Part shown: positions 1-12,935 of the stretch, piece after piece
Numbering within the stretch: position 1 is the first letter of the stretch
Layout: the number at the start of each line of letters is the position of its first letter
Origin: the human T2T-CHM13v2.0 reference genome, Homo sapiens
Direction: 5' to 3' (one strand)
Assembly (NCBI RefSeq): GCF_009914755.1
Contig: NC_060926.1
Length of the DNA: 64,000 nt
Position numbers and translations under genes: made by a program
Notes under the pieces: model-generated
Database searches by the model: none
Seen by the model: only the letters and a program-made list of their open reading frames with translations
What the model was told of the DNA's origin: nothing

Positions 1-1063
1 AGCTGCTGTGCTGCAGAGGGCTCCTGCTCTTGTTTATTGCTGACAGTTCATTCACCCCTAAGACGTGGACAACTTGTTAAACTGAGTTCTTGCTCAGGTC
101 ATAGCTCCTTTTAATGAGGCCAACTTGTAGTCGAGTTTTCATAGATGTGGGTTCCCCATATTCTCTGCTTTGAGGAGAAATCTCATAATACAGTCAGAAT
201 CGTGGGGCTACCAGGATAAAACTGGGCTCGGAGCCATATGAAACAGCAATGTCTTTTGTGAAGAAACTCCTCTTTGGATTAGTCCCACTGATTCCTTTTG
301 TGCATCTAGCCTGGAATGGAAAAGGAAAACAGGCCAAATTCCCATAGTGGGCTACAGCACTGGGAAAGACTGGCCCGGCTTCTCTGCAGGAGTGGAGGGT
401 GGGTGATTCTCTTTATTCCTTTATCTCAGAGAAGAGACAGGTCAAATTGTGGAGGCTTTCCCACATCTAGATATCATTGTATTTCAACACTGAACTTTTA
501 TAGGCAAGGACCAACCCATTCCCTTCTCCTGGCATGGCTAAATCATAGTCCAGTAGCACCAGGTTACCCCAGCTTAATTGCTGGCCTGGCTTTGCATCTG
601 TGATATGTACCACCGAACTGGTAGGCAAAGCGAAGAGAGCCCAGATTAGCAGGAGGCTGAGCCCCTCCCTAAGTATAGAGAGCAGTGAGCGCAAGGCTAT
701 GAACCTTGCAGCCTTTGGGTAGAGGTAGGGGGAAGTGTAGAATTGCACAGGATTTGCTTTCTGGTACGTGAGATGGGCCAAGAGTGGTCTTAAAAGAGCT
801 CTTTGTTCCTCTGTCTTTTGAATCTGTTCAGAATTCCTTGTTGCCTATATTAACCTCTAATTAATTTTTTCTGTTTTTAGAAACTCCAGTCATGACACTT
901 CTTACATTTAACTTGTTCTTTCTTTACCTTTAAAAGAAGGAAGTTTTAATATTACCCAGTATGCCTGGAATGCCAGATGGAAAATAGCTAGACTATTCAC
1001 ACCTAGTTTTAGGTGGTAGATTTGCCTCTTGGCCGAGCTGTGGGCCTATGAGAATAAGAGTGA

Positions 1064-1429
<366 letters not shown>

Positions 1430-3027
1430 TGTGAGGAAATTTCTTAACCCAGGTTCTTCATGTTGAGGTTTAACATATAGTGAAGAGACTAATGAAGAAA
1501 CTGGGAGGGGAATGTAATACTGGAATGGAGTAGGAGGGAGCTGTGAAGTCCATATTTCTTCAGGTTCTTGACAGAGAGAACTGCTCGGTGTAGGCTAGTG
1601 TAAGGATGGCCCTTCCTGGAAATAAAAGGATAAATGACATGAAGCTTCAACACAGCCATGTAATTTCTTGTTGACACCTAAGTGGTTTAAAAAGGAATTT
1701 AAATCTCAGCATTACAGTGAGGGGTTTCCCTGGGTCATTGCCAAAGCATTGGATTTTGCTTTGCCCTTGTCTTCATTTGGAGTAAAGAGTCAAATTGCCT
1801 TCTGATGTCACTCAGGGATTCACAAAGCACATCACATCACCATCTTTCCAGAAAGAGCTCTGAAACAGGTGTCTTGCTGTGGACACTGAGTTTGGGAATT
1901 GACAAAGACTGGCACACTTGTTTGGCATTCTTACATTTTTCCTTAATTTAGTTAGCACATACACTAGGAGCTTTGTTAATAATTCTCTGAAGAAGCCATG
2001 AACTGCAGGTCTACCTCCTCTAAGAGGTAAATGGTTAACTCATAAATGTAGTGTATTGTCACCCTGGGTACTGTGTCACCAAATTAAACCAAGAATGGAG
2101 TAACAATAATGAGGAACTTCAGACTTAGAAGCACCATATTTTATATATAATTCCCAAGGAACTCCTCATTTTGGGGCTGAAAAGTGGCTAGGGCTTAGGT
2201 AGGAAATCAGCTCCCCTGAGAAAACTTGAGTTTGAGCCTCCAGAAGCATAGGGGGTCTGATTTTCTCCTGTGACTAGTCCAGCAGTCACCAAGAGTCTTT
2301 TCTCTGTAAGCGAAAGGCCACGTACCCCTTCTGTCACATTTCTTATCCCTTCCCAACCCTAATTTCATAGTTAAGCTAGTCAGCATGAAAATTGTAATGG
2401 GCATTGTTCCCTGGAAATTTTGAACTGCCGTGACTTTAAATTTTCAGATAGTAGTTACATAAGCACTTAAGAAACAGGTGGAACCTGACACATTGAAGGT
2501 CTGAGTGTAGAAGGGTTAGAAGGTCGGAAATATGAAAACAGAGAAAGTGTATACTTTCCTCCTTGCATCTTTAGACATCATAATGCTGTTGGAAACTGGC
2601 CTTTACCCTCAGGCCTGATGAAGAAAAATTGTTTCTACCACCTGTGCACACATAGGCAAGGCAGAAAGTACAGGGAGTGCCACTGTAAATTGGAAGTGTT
2701 TTTGGTGACAGTTGAGCATCAGCTCTGACCTTACTGGCCTCCCCTGGAGCCTTGTTGAAGGAACACTGGTGCAAATCCTTGAGGGAACAGGGGCAGACTT
2801 CTCAAGTGAAGCAAGCAGAAGTGCCCGCTGGCCCTGAAAGGGTAGGCTGCTCTGCTCCTCGGAAAGGAAAGTCCAGTGGGACCTCGCTGCTCTGCTCCCA
2901 GGTACCTGTGGCTCCACTCGGCTTGGAGGGCATCTGAAGGGGGATGTGGGGTTATTGTGTCTGCTCTCTGTGTTCAAAAGCTTTTGATCTGAATGTGCTA
3001 TTGTGTTTTTTGTCTCTGGTTTGCCAG

Positions 3028-3073
3028 GGCCTGGGAGGAGTTTCATGGCCTGGTGAACAGCAGCGGCCGCTGA
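3028..3073 (+). CDS. EIF4E2: EIF4E2 (4EHP) alternative C-terminal exon, coding part (K)AWEEFHGLVNSSGR*; exon 3028-3106
   Basis: Acceptor TTTTTTGTCTCTGGTTTGCCAG|G, then GCC TGG GAG GAG TTT CAT GGC CTG GTG AAC AGC AGC GGC CGC TGA; donor AGG|GTAGGG after 3106; peptide matches a remembered EIF4E2 isoform C-terminus following ...DSIK. Confidence 0.88.
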
Positions 3074-4242
3074 TCGGACGCTCCCCCTCTGTCTCTCACA
3101 CTCAGGGTAGGGCCTTGTCTATCTTCTCTGTAACCCTGTGACATACCTCTCATCCATAGGACCCCTCTTCCCATTTACCCCCAAACTTGCCTCTACCAAC
3201 ATTGAGCCTCAGAGAAAAATATAAGTCCCAAACCACTGGATTCTCATCCTCCCTGGGTCCCATGTCTCCTGGTGAACCCCTGAGCAGGCTACGTCACCTT
3301 ATTATGCCCCTATTTTCTCATCTGGAAAATGAGGCTCCATGGATGAACAAGTCTCTGAGATCTCTTTTGATGCTAACATTTCATGATGGTAAATGTGCCA
3401 CAGATGCTTTTTCTTTTTGCTCAAATGTGGCCATTTTTAAGCCATCTGGCAATGTCCTGTGAGTAAAAGGGCAGTTCCACAGGCCCCAACATGAGTTACA
3501 TGAGAGGTATGTCTCCTGTTTGCTGGTGTCATGTGTCAGTTGTGAGGAAACAGTAATATAAATTCAGCGTTTCAGCAATGTCAGTAACGGGGCTGGATTT
3601 CAGGACTGTGTGAGTAGCAGTTGTTCCAAGCTGTACTTTCACTAGACCAGCACAACTGTACTAGTAGGGAGAGGCACTGAGGTACAAAGACTGGGCCAAC
3701 TAAAGCATTGACTTTGGGAATATTTGTATTTCAGTTAAGAGAGTATCAAGTCCATGTTTGTCTCTGTAGCAGAGGGAGCTGGGTAAATTTATTCTGAATG
3801 AGAGGAATGGATGAAAGGCCAATGTCTGCATGAGCTAGAGATGACAGCCTTTTCCTGGACATCAAACTACCCCTGCCACTAACATCCCTAAGAAATAGAG
3901 TAGTTGTAAAATTGGAACAGAACATGTCAACTGTAGTAGCTACCTCAAAATTCCCCCTTCCCTAGAAGGAGACGAGCGTTTTCCAGAAAAGGAGACCTGC
4001 ATCCCTCCCGTGGGCTAGAAGAGACAAGATGACACTCTGAGGGACAGCAGCAGGTGGCCAGGGCCTGAGAGCTCAGGGGTGTAGGTATGATATACAGATA
4101 AAACACAGTTGCAGAGTTCCTGCACACACAAGTGATGCCACCCATACCTTTTTTGTTTTGATAGTTTGATTTCTTTATTATAAATTCAGTCTTCTGGTGG
4201 CTTAAAATTTAAAATGATTCTCTTTAAGATATAGTCAACATT

Positions 4243-4362
4243 AGTGCCTGGTATCATGGCACACGCCTATCGTCCCAGCTACTTGGAGGCTGTGGTGGGA
4301 GGATCACTTGAGCCCAGGAGTTCAAGGCCAGCCTGGGCAATATAGTAAGACCCTTGTTTCTA
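4243..4362 (+). mobile_element. Free Alu monomer (FLAM-like)
   Basis: Single diverged Alu arm. Confidence 0.8.
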
Positions 4363-4689
4363 AATATATGTCTGTGTATGTGTGCATATATATAAGTGTC
4401 TGTATATATAGTCAACATAGAATTCCAGGAGTGCTGCTAGTATACACAAAGAGGGAGGAAAAAGGTACCAGCTTTAATAGTAGATAAATCATTGATTTTT
4501 AGGCTAAAAAATAGTAAATATTTGAAATAAGATATTAAGTTAAATTTTCAGAAGCCAGGTGCTATAATGGAGCTGTTTTTAAAATACTACCATATTTAAT
4601 TATTTCTAAGATTTTTTTGGCTTTTAATATTTTTTTTCAATCCTGTTCCTTCTGTAAGCCTTTTAATATTCTTAAAATTGGGGTGCTTT

Positions 4690-5006
<317 letters not shown>

Positions 5007-5282
5007 TTAAAAGGTTTTGTCATAGTTTAATGGGCAGTGTTTACTTCTTAAAGTACATAAAATGATGTACCTTTAAAAATTGATGGCATCTGAGGTTCAG
5101 TGAAAAGTCTTTAAAATGAAAGCGGAATAGTCAGAATGGAAGAAAACTCAAAATAACTCCCACCCCTCTTGGCAGATTTAATCCCCTAGGAAAAATATCT
5201 TTGAATTGCCGTAAAAAGTCATATATTTGCATAATTGCCATTTTGTGGTCTCTTTGTGGCCCCCGTGTCTTTTTTTATACAG

Positions 5283-5318
5283 TGTGGGAGGCAGACGAAG
5301 AGAACACTCGTGGTTCAG
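5283..5318 (+). CDS. EIF4E2: Candidate in-frame 36-nt EIF4E2 microexon (N)VGGRRREHSWF(R)
   Basis: CTTTTTTTATACAG| acceptor, CAG|GTATTT donor, length 3n, phase 2-2 like neighbouring exons, no stop codon; no transcript evidence seen. Confidence 0.5.
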
Positions 5319-7116
5319 GTATTTTCCTTAAAGCACAGGCTTGGAAGTCCGTGAAGAGTGTTTGAATTTAAACCAAAAATTATTCTGAAAGTAGGGGGGA
5401 AAAATGAATTTACACAGCAACAACAAAAAATCCACTCACTTCATTGTCTTAATAGACTTGAAAAGGACTTCATGTCGCATTTCTATTGATTTAACCTCGC
5501 TGTAAGTGAAAGAGATGTTCGAGAAGATATGCATCCCTGGCTTACGTTTGTTGGGTCTGCCATTTTAGAGGCCCCTTAACATTTTAGCCCTCTCTCCCTT
5601 TTCTTTTTCCTCCAAATAGATTGTGATCTATGAAGAAATTTGGCAGAGAAACTGCTATTTAAATAATTCTTCATGAATCACAAATATTTTTCCTCAATTT
5701 ATCTGCTATTTTATGTCATTACCTGTGACTGTTAGTATTTTAGGACAATTTCATTTGACTCCTGTTGGAAATAAGTGTTGCCCTTTTAACTATGACTTCA
5801 GTAAAACTCTCAGTGAGCTGATAGGAAAGGATTCTGATTACTCAGCTGTCTAGGCTGGTATACACAGAGCAGTGAGTCTGTATTGTTGGGAAATGAAGTT
5901 GGAATAAAATAAAGTTGAAGACGAGAGACTGGAATTTGCCTCACTGAAACTAGAAAGAGTTTGCAGCTTTACTGAATATGCAGGGAGAGAAGAGGAAGCC
6001 AGAACTGGCCTGGGGTGTACAGCTAATGGCCAAAGAATGTTCTCCTGAAGACCATGTGCACTTAGGTCTACGGGACCCCTCAGAGCCAATCTTCAGAGCA
6101 GAGACATAGGTAGCCTTCCTCCTTGGATGACTCCCAGCTTTCACTTGAGAACCCAGAATCACTCAGGTGCCTTTGCCAGGCACCAGCACAGTGGCAGTTA
6201 ACTCCCAAGAGAGGGGAGGACATTCTGAATGACCACTTTGCCCCCCTGTCATCCATTTTCAGGAGTTAATCTCTGCCGTAGTTCATTGTTTTCAGAGTTG
6301 GAACTTGTCCATTTCTCTAAAAGTACTAAAAGATGACCATTTTAAGGTAGAGCAGATTGGAAAGCTGTTTCAGAGTATTTGGACAACGATTTTCCCCAAG
6401 ATACCTGGGAATGTGAAGTTGGAAGCCAGTCTGAATGGGGCTCTCGGATATTTCTGAGACATCATCAGGACAAAGGAACATCTGGTAGAGAAATAATTCT
6501 TTTTTTTTCTTCCAGCATTGTGGGACTGTCAGCTTCTGTGTCCTCTTTGGTGTCCTAAGCATAGCCCATTTGCTGTCACAGCTTTGCCAGATTGCTAGAG
6601 GGCTAGCTTTCAGGAACTCACTGTGGATTTGCTAAATTTTAGTTTGCTTTTAAAAGAACAGAAGCACATTGTTTTTTAAGGGGTCGCCTGTGGCCTCTGC
6701 CCCTTCCTTTCTACATTCTCCCTTTCTCTGCCTCCTAATCTCTCTGCGCTGAGCCTAGGGTGAGGGATGTGATGGAGTATCACTTCCCAGCTGGCTTGAG
6801 GTGAACACATTCCTCAGACCAAATTTGGCATCAAGCTGTTCTCAACCCACTTTTTTAAAGAAGGCTGGACCAAAGCCATAGGGCATCACTGCCACCAGCC
6901 TGTGTTAGTCTGTCACTGTCAGGAGCAGGCCACCCCCATTTGCTGTTCTGTTTTCCTCTTAAATCAAACTGGAAAAACTCAGCTGGATTCTCCTGGCTTT
7001 TCCTTTACTCTTCTCCTCCCCCTTTTCACTTTGCAAGTGGACTTTAGAATATGATTTCTTAGGTTTTCTGACTATAAAGTGGTCTATATTAACAAAAATA
7101 TTAAGTATCTGAATGA

Positions 7117-7516
<400 letters not shown>

Positions 7517-7887
7517 TTATGGTAATGATTACCCTGAAAATCCTTTTTCCGTCACTAAACAGCTGAAAGAGTTGGGGCCAGACACTTGCCTGCCATCTCC
7601 TTTACTCCAAGATAGATAATTGCCCAAGTCAGCAAATTCTCTGCTCCTACCTTCCCATATCCCTGCCTTTCTAGTTTCTTTTAATAAGAAGAGCAGAATC
7701 CCTCCTGATAGACTTGTGGTGTCCAATGATTAGGTGGGCATAGACGTGCCTGTAAAAGGGAAGAAATGGAACAGAGCCATCTGTTCCTGTGAAATCACTT
7801 TCTTTAGTATTAAGTGTAGGTACAAAAAAAGTGTCTTTTGTAATGCATCTCTGTAACACAGCATATTTTCCCTAAGAGAACTCAGAA

Positions 7888-7889
<2 letters not shown>

Positions 7890-7924
<35 letters not shown>
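7890..7924. repeat. (CA)n microsatellite
   Basis: Direct read. Confidence 0.97.
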
Positions 7925-7926
<2 letters not shown>

Positions 7927-8841
7927 AGTTATGCTTGCTTTTCTCTGTGTTATGATCAGATATGTTCCTTATCCTTTGCTAGCTACTTGTGGCATCTCAG
8001 AGGGGTCTATCCTTTTGAAAAGAATTTTTTAAAAATACCATTAGCCTTTTAAAAAGATGACCACCCTATTAACTTTGTTTTCAACCTTCAGCTCTTTAGT
8101 TGAAGATAGTTGAAGTGCTAAGTAGCCATTGATAAATGAACCACATGGTCATGCATGCCAGCTATAAAATACCAGTGGACTTTTGAGATAACATCAGTTT
8201 ATTCCCAGCCTGAGTTCACCTATACCAGCTCCAGTTTTTCTTCTCAGTTCTTGTCTGCAGTCATTCTCTTTGTGTAGTCGGGGGCTGTTGGTCACTGTCA
8301 GCTGACCGCCATCATGGAGGAGGATCTGTTAGCCAGTAACAGAAAGAAACTGCTGTTTGGCTGGGCTGAGCATATTCTTTCCTTAGCACATATTTACTCT
8401 GAACCAATTGCCATATGTCCCATTAATTATAACAATTTTAAGATAGGTCAGGCTGAGCTTGTAATCCCAGCATTTTGGGAGACCATGACAGGAGGGTCAC
8501 TTGAGCTCAAGAGTTCAAGACCAACCTGGGCAACATAGTGAGATACTAGGTCAGTTAAAGCCAGAGCTTCTAGAATGTCCCTTTAAAATCAAAGAGAAAT
8601 AATGACTCCAGAATCCAGGTAAAATTTTCTGACAAATTGAAGTCCACAGCACTGGGCAAGGGCAGCAGCCTTAAAGTCCCTGCCAGCCTGAAATGTTGAG
8701 ACTCAGATGGTGACAGGACCTGCTAGGATGTCATTAGATTTCTAGGGTGGGACAGGAAAAGTCACTAGTGGCTGGTCAAGCCTGTCTGCATCCAATAAAA
8801 GGCAACTAAGAGGACACATATTGGGATCCCCCACATACATA

Positions 8842-8842
<1 letters not shown>

Positions 8843-8879
<37 letters not shown>
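8843..8879. repeat. (CA)n microsatellite
   Basis: Direct read. Confidence 0.97.
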
Positions 8880-8881
<2 letters not shown>

Positions 8882-9649
8882 TCAAGAATTAGAGCCATGT
8901 TTCTAAAGTAAAGTGAAAGGTACCCAGATTTTACTTCCTGGAATATCCTTTCCTTCTGTAAGCAGCTCTAAGTTTTAAACTGAGGATTCTTATTTGGTTG
9001 GTTGGTTTGTTGGTTGGTTGGTTTTTTGTTCATATAAGACCAGGTGAATCATACAATGTTTTCAAAAGTGTGTGTTAGATAAAAAGAAAGGGGGGGAGAG
9101 AGAACATCTCCTTCTCAGGCTTCCTCCATCTGCCCAGTTTCTAGTGTGCCCCTTCCACCTCCACTGCCCCATGTAACCACTGTTGTTGGTTTCCTGTGTA
9201 GCCTTGCAAAGTTTCATAATGTATATATGAGCAAGTATGAACCTATAACCTTGTTTCCCTACCCCCATTTACACAGAAGGTAGTATACCGTGTGTACACA
9301 CTACACCTTAAGCTATCAGTTTATCTTGGAACCCTTTCCACAGTAGTAGAGAGCTTCCTTGTTTTATTTCTACGAATGTGCCCTAGCATTAATATTTAAC
9401 CGGTCCTCTCTTGATCGGCATTTGAATTGTTTCTAATCTTTTGCTGTTGCAAAAAATTGACTGGAAGTTTTGCAAGGGACTTGGGAGGTGGGTTGCCGTT
9501 TTGGCATTAGATTGGCAAGTGAAGAAGGCCCCGGGATATGTCATGGAGACCCCGAGGGCTGATGAGTCAGCATCCCCCTGTATATGTGTGCTTCTGTATA
9601 GATGATCCTTGTATTGAACACTCTATTTTCTCCCATTTTTTTCTTTCAG

Positions 9650-9689
9650 GGACAATTCAAGCTTTCGAAATACAAAAATCACATTGTGA
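9650..9689 (+). CDS. EIF4E2: EIF4E2 distal terminal exon, coding part (K)DNSSFRNTKITL*
   Basis: Strong acceptor TTTTTTTCTTTCAG|G then GAC AAT TCA AGC TTT CGA AAT ACA AAA ATC ACA TTG TGA; recognised 4EHP C-terminus. Confidence 0.92.
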
Positions 9690-10483
9690 GAGTACACAAG
9701 CTGGCAATAATCCTTTTCTGTATGTGTGTGTTTGTCCGAAATGGATGGGAGGCCTCCAGCCAGTCCTTCCATTGCTCACTGAAGGGACGTCCCTGAGCCG
9801 TGCGCTCTCCTTTTGCACTCATTCCTGGAGGACGGATTCCGCTAGACACCCTCCAGCATCGCTGACTTTATAAAGCGGAAAAACGGAAAACGTGACTTTG
9901 TAATAGACAAACATTGTTTTTTAATGGGGTTCCATGGGGGGGCGTTCAGCCTTTCTGTTTGCTGTGTGCTGTCCAGATGCCTCTTGGGCGTCCTGTTGTT
10001 CTCTTCCCGTGTTGTACGAAGGGTACCGTGGCCACGTGTACATGCCAGAGCTGTTGATGAGAGTTACCAGTATTATGAATGTCTGTGCATCCAGGAAAAG
10101 TGTTCTGTTGGAGAGTCCCAAAATAGCTGTAAATGCTCTCTTCTAGCTCTGCCATTAAATTATTGGGACATTTTGTTTCTTTCTCTCCCCTCCTCCAAGC
10201 CCACCACTTTCTGAAGCTGTGTTACTGATGTGATGACTGTCCAGGATTTTGTATCATCCCCTGCCTTATGCCCTCCGGTCTCCTCTCCTGTGGGACTCTC
10301 TCCTTCTTAGGCACAGCTGCACTTAGAATTGTAATCCAGTGGCTCTCACTGGTTTCACTGAGGCAGCTTAGAGGGAATGCCTTAGTAAACTGAACTGGAG
10401 CAGAATCTAGTTTGATTAGGAGCTAGATTATAATCTAGGTTCCAAGTACAGAATTTGGAGCTAAGGACTGTGACTGAAATCAT

Positions 10484-10555
10484 TTTCCCATATGAGCAGA
10501 CCCTGTGTGTCAGGCCTGTTTCCCATATGAGCAGAGCCTGTGTGCAAGTCTGTTT
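10484..10555. repeat. Imperfect tandem duplication, ~35-bp unit x2
   Basis: TTTCCCATATGAGCAGA at 10484 and 10519. Confidence 0.9.
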
Positions 10556-11934
10556 CTGGCATGTCCCTCATTGAGGAAGGGAAGCAAAAGCTGGTTATTG
10601 CCAGGCCTATTAACACTTAATATGCAAATTCTATCATCCTGAAACTGGGGCATCTGAGGAAAAGGTGACCTTGCTGGATGGCTTTATTTGCATGGCTCTG
10701 CCTGTCTGCAGTGGTTGAGTCCTCATCACCTGGTATGTGTATGAGCAAATGTGTGCTGATCGTGATGCCCAGGCAGAAACCTCTTGAAGACTGCTGCAGG
10801 CATGCTTTAAAAATGACCAGTCACTCATCAGAGAAGCTGGGTGATCTGACTCCAGAGGGACTGAAGTCAGAGAAGTCACAAGAGCACCTAGGATTCAAAT
10901 AAATAGCGTCAGAGTCCTATAGCAACCTCCAAGTAGCACCGTCTTACTTGGCTCTTGTGAGCAAAGACTGCAGTACCTTAAATTAAGGCCTCTCTTTAAA
11001 ACATATGTGGAAGACTAGGGGATCCTTGGCCACCTGGTCTCAGAGAAATCATATGAGAGTAACAGGCATTTCCTTATTGTATTTGTACTACACTCTTCCT
11101 ACTTTTCCATTCCTGAACACCCTCTAATTACCACTGTTTTGGGGATGCTTTTTTTCTGAAAGAACGGGGAGTACAGGGGCCAAAAGGGAGGTGCTTCTAT
11201 TACAGGGCAAGTTAGATCAGATAAGAAGATCTAGCAGTGATTTAAACTCCAGGAATATGAAGAGTGCATTCTGGTGTCCAGACAGTTGTGAAGGGCTCGG
11301 CAAATATAAGAGCACCATTGGCTACATGGAGAGCAAAGGCTGTCTTTGAAGACCCCAGGGAGGTCTTCACTTTTGCCTAAATTCAGATTTGCCGTGAAAA
11401 TTCCAAAGAGAGCAGATATTTGGATTTGCCCTCCTTTGGGCATCTACCTGACTGTTGTGTGTGTGGGAAAGTCAGTGTGTATGTGTAGAGTGTGCTTAGG
11501 AGTGAGTGAGTGGTCAGGCCTCCTGGCTAGGTGTGTTGTCCATAGTTTTGTTGTTGTTGTTGTTGTTGTTCAGAGTTTTGAATCTTACGTTTTCTAGAGC
11601 TGCTCATGTTTTCCCTTCCTTTTTGTCGTTGTAGTATTTGACAGTTGTCTTTTCCATCAAAAACATACTGGCCCTAGGCTGGTTAGAGCAAGGGGTTATG
11701 CCTGTTAGGCAGCATCTTACGCCCAGTGTTCTCCCAGATATTCTGCCTAACAGGTTTAAGTAGGAGATTAAATAGTCAGTTTATCTAAACCCTCTATTTT
11801 TCCAAACTAGCTTGAGAGGTCTTTTCATCTATTTTTACTCCATGGGCCTCTGATATGCTGAGATGTGGCACGGTTATGATTATGGTATCACCGTTACAGA
11901 GGCAAAGGGATAAAGGTCTACCAGGGCCAACGTA

Positions 11935-12036
11935 ACCAGAATGTGAGGAGAGTGAAGAGTCGGTCTCCGCTTTGCACAGTACCAGAATGTGAGGTTGCCA
12001 CTGGAGAGTGGAGAGTCGGTCTCCACTTTGCACAGT
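11935..12036. repeat. Imperfect tandem duplication (46/56-bp units)
   Basis: ACCAGAATGTGAGG at 11935 and 11981; AGAGTCGGTCTCC(G/A)CTTTGCACAGT twice. Confidence 0.9.
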
Positions 12037-12063
12037 TGGAGCTGTTCTCCTCTAACTCCTTTG

Positions 12064-12197
12064 CTGGGTTTTCTGTTTGAAATTGGCCCCTACTCCTCTC
12101 CAGCCCTTTACTGGGTTTTCTGTTTGAAATTGGCCCCTACTCCTCTCCAGCCCTTTATTGGGTTTTCTGTTTGAAATTGGCCCCTACTCCTCTCCAG
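12064..12197. repeat. 47-bp minisatellite, ~2.9 copies
   Basis: (C/T)TGGGTTTTCTGTTTGAAATTGGCCCCTACTCCTCTCCAG units start at 12064, 12111 and 12158. Confidence 0.97.
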
Positions 12198-12223
12198 TGT
12201 CTGCTTTTTGAATCCTTCTGTTC

Positions 12224-12249
12224 GTGTGTGTGTGTGTGTGTGTGTGTGT
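12224..12249. repeat. (GT)n microsatellite
   Basis: Direct read. Confidence 0.95.
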
Positions 12250-12412
12250 TCCCTATGATACTGGCAGTGGCAATAATTTTCCACCCAGAGAGAAGCTTGT
12301 GGTCCACAATGCTCGAAGAATGAATTTCCAAGTATTTGCCAGTGGAAACGGAGCAGAGGCTATGACAAGAGTGATTTAGTGTTGCACTTTCAGAGCAATT
12401 ATCTACTGCAGT

Positions 12413-12418
12413 AATAAA
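12413..12418 (+). terminator. EIF4E2: Polyadenylation signal AATAAA (distal EIF4E2)
   Basis: Canonical hexamer at the end of the repeat-poor UTR-like block. Confidence 0.7.
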
Positions 12419-12935
12419 TTGAAAATATCAGCAAGAACCAGGTCGTGGACTTGTCAATACAAGGGAACCGGGGGTACTGTTACTCATTCTACCCTACAGT
12501 GTATAAGTCCCAATCTTAACTGCATTCCAAAACAAAATATGTGGAATAGTCCAGGCAATGTCAATCTCAATGACACAAATTTATTGTGAAAATATTCTCT
12601 AATTGATATTAATCATTGCCACAACTCAGTTTACATTTTTATTATCAAAATATAGTTGGTAACGCTCCTTAACTTGGGATAAGGAATATTGGAATAGAAG
12701 AAAGTTTAAAGAATTTGATTTTACTGTAAGAAATCACTCAGCCTAAGCTTGGAATGTTTTAGTTATATTAAGTATCTTAGCCTAAAGAGGGACACATGGG
12801 GCATGCCGACGGTTGGTGCCCACATGAAACACTGAGGGAGAAAGAGGCTTTGCTGAGCCTCAGTTATTGTTGACAAAGGATTTAAAACAATACAGTCTTG
12901 AGACTTAGTTTCTGTAGATAGAAATCTCCTCTCTC

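Larger units (their letters stand above)
9690..12440 (+). other. EIF4E2: EIF4E2 long 3' UTR of the distal terminal exon
   Basis: Alu-free stretch after the stop codon, ending at AATAAA 12413-12418; exact cleavage site inferred. Confidence 0.7.

Noticed and set aside
10678-10902. 74-aa ORF with a hydrophobic start in the EIF4E2 3' UTR
   Set aside because: No homology recognised and no splice or initiation support; would need Ribo-seq evidence
12064-12197. Regular direct repeats as a possible CRISPR-like array
   Set aside because: Head-to-tail units with no unique spacers, in mammalian DNA; a minisatellite
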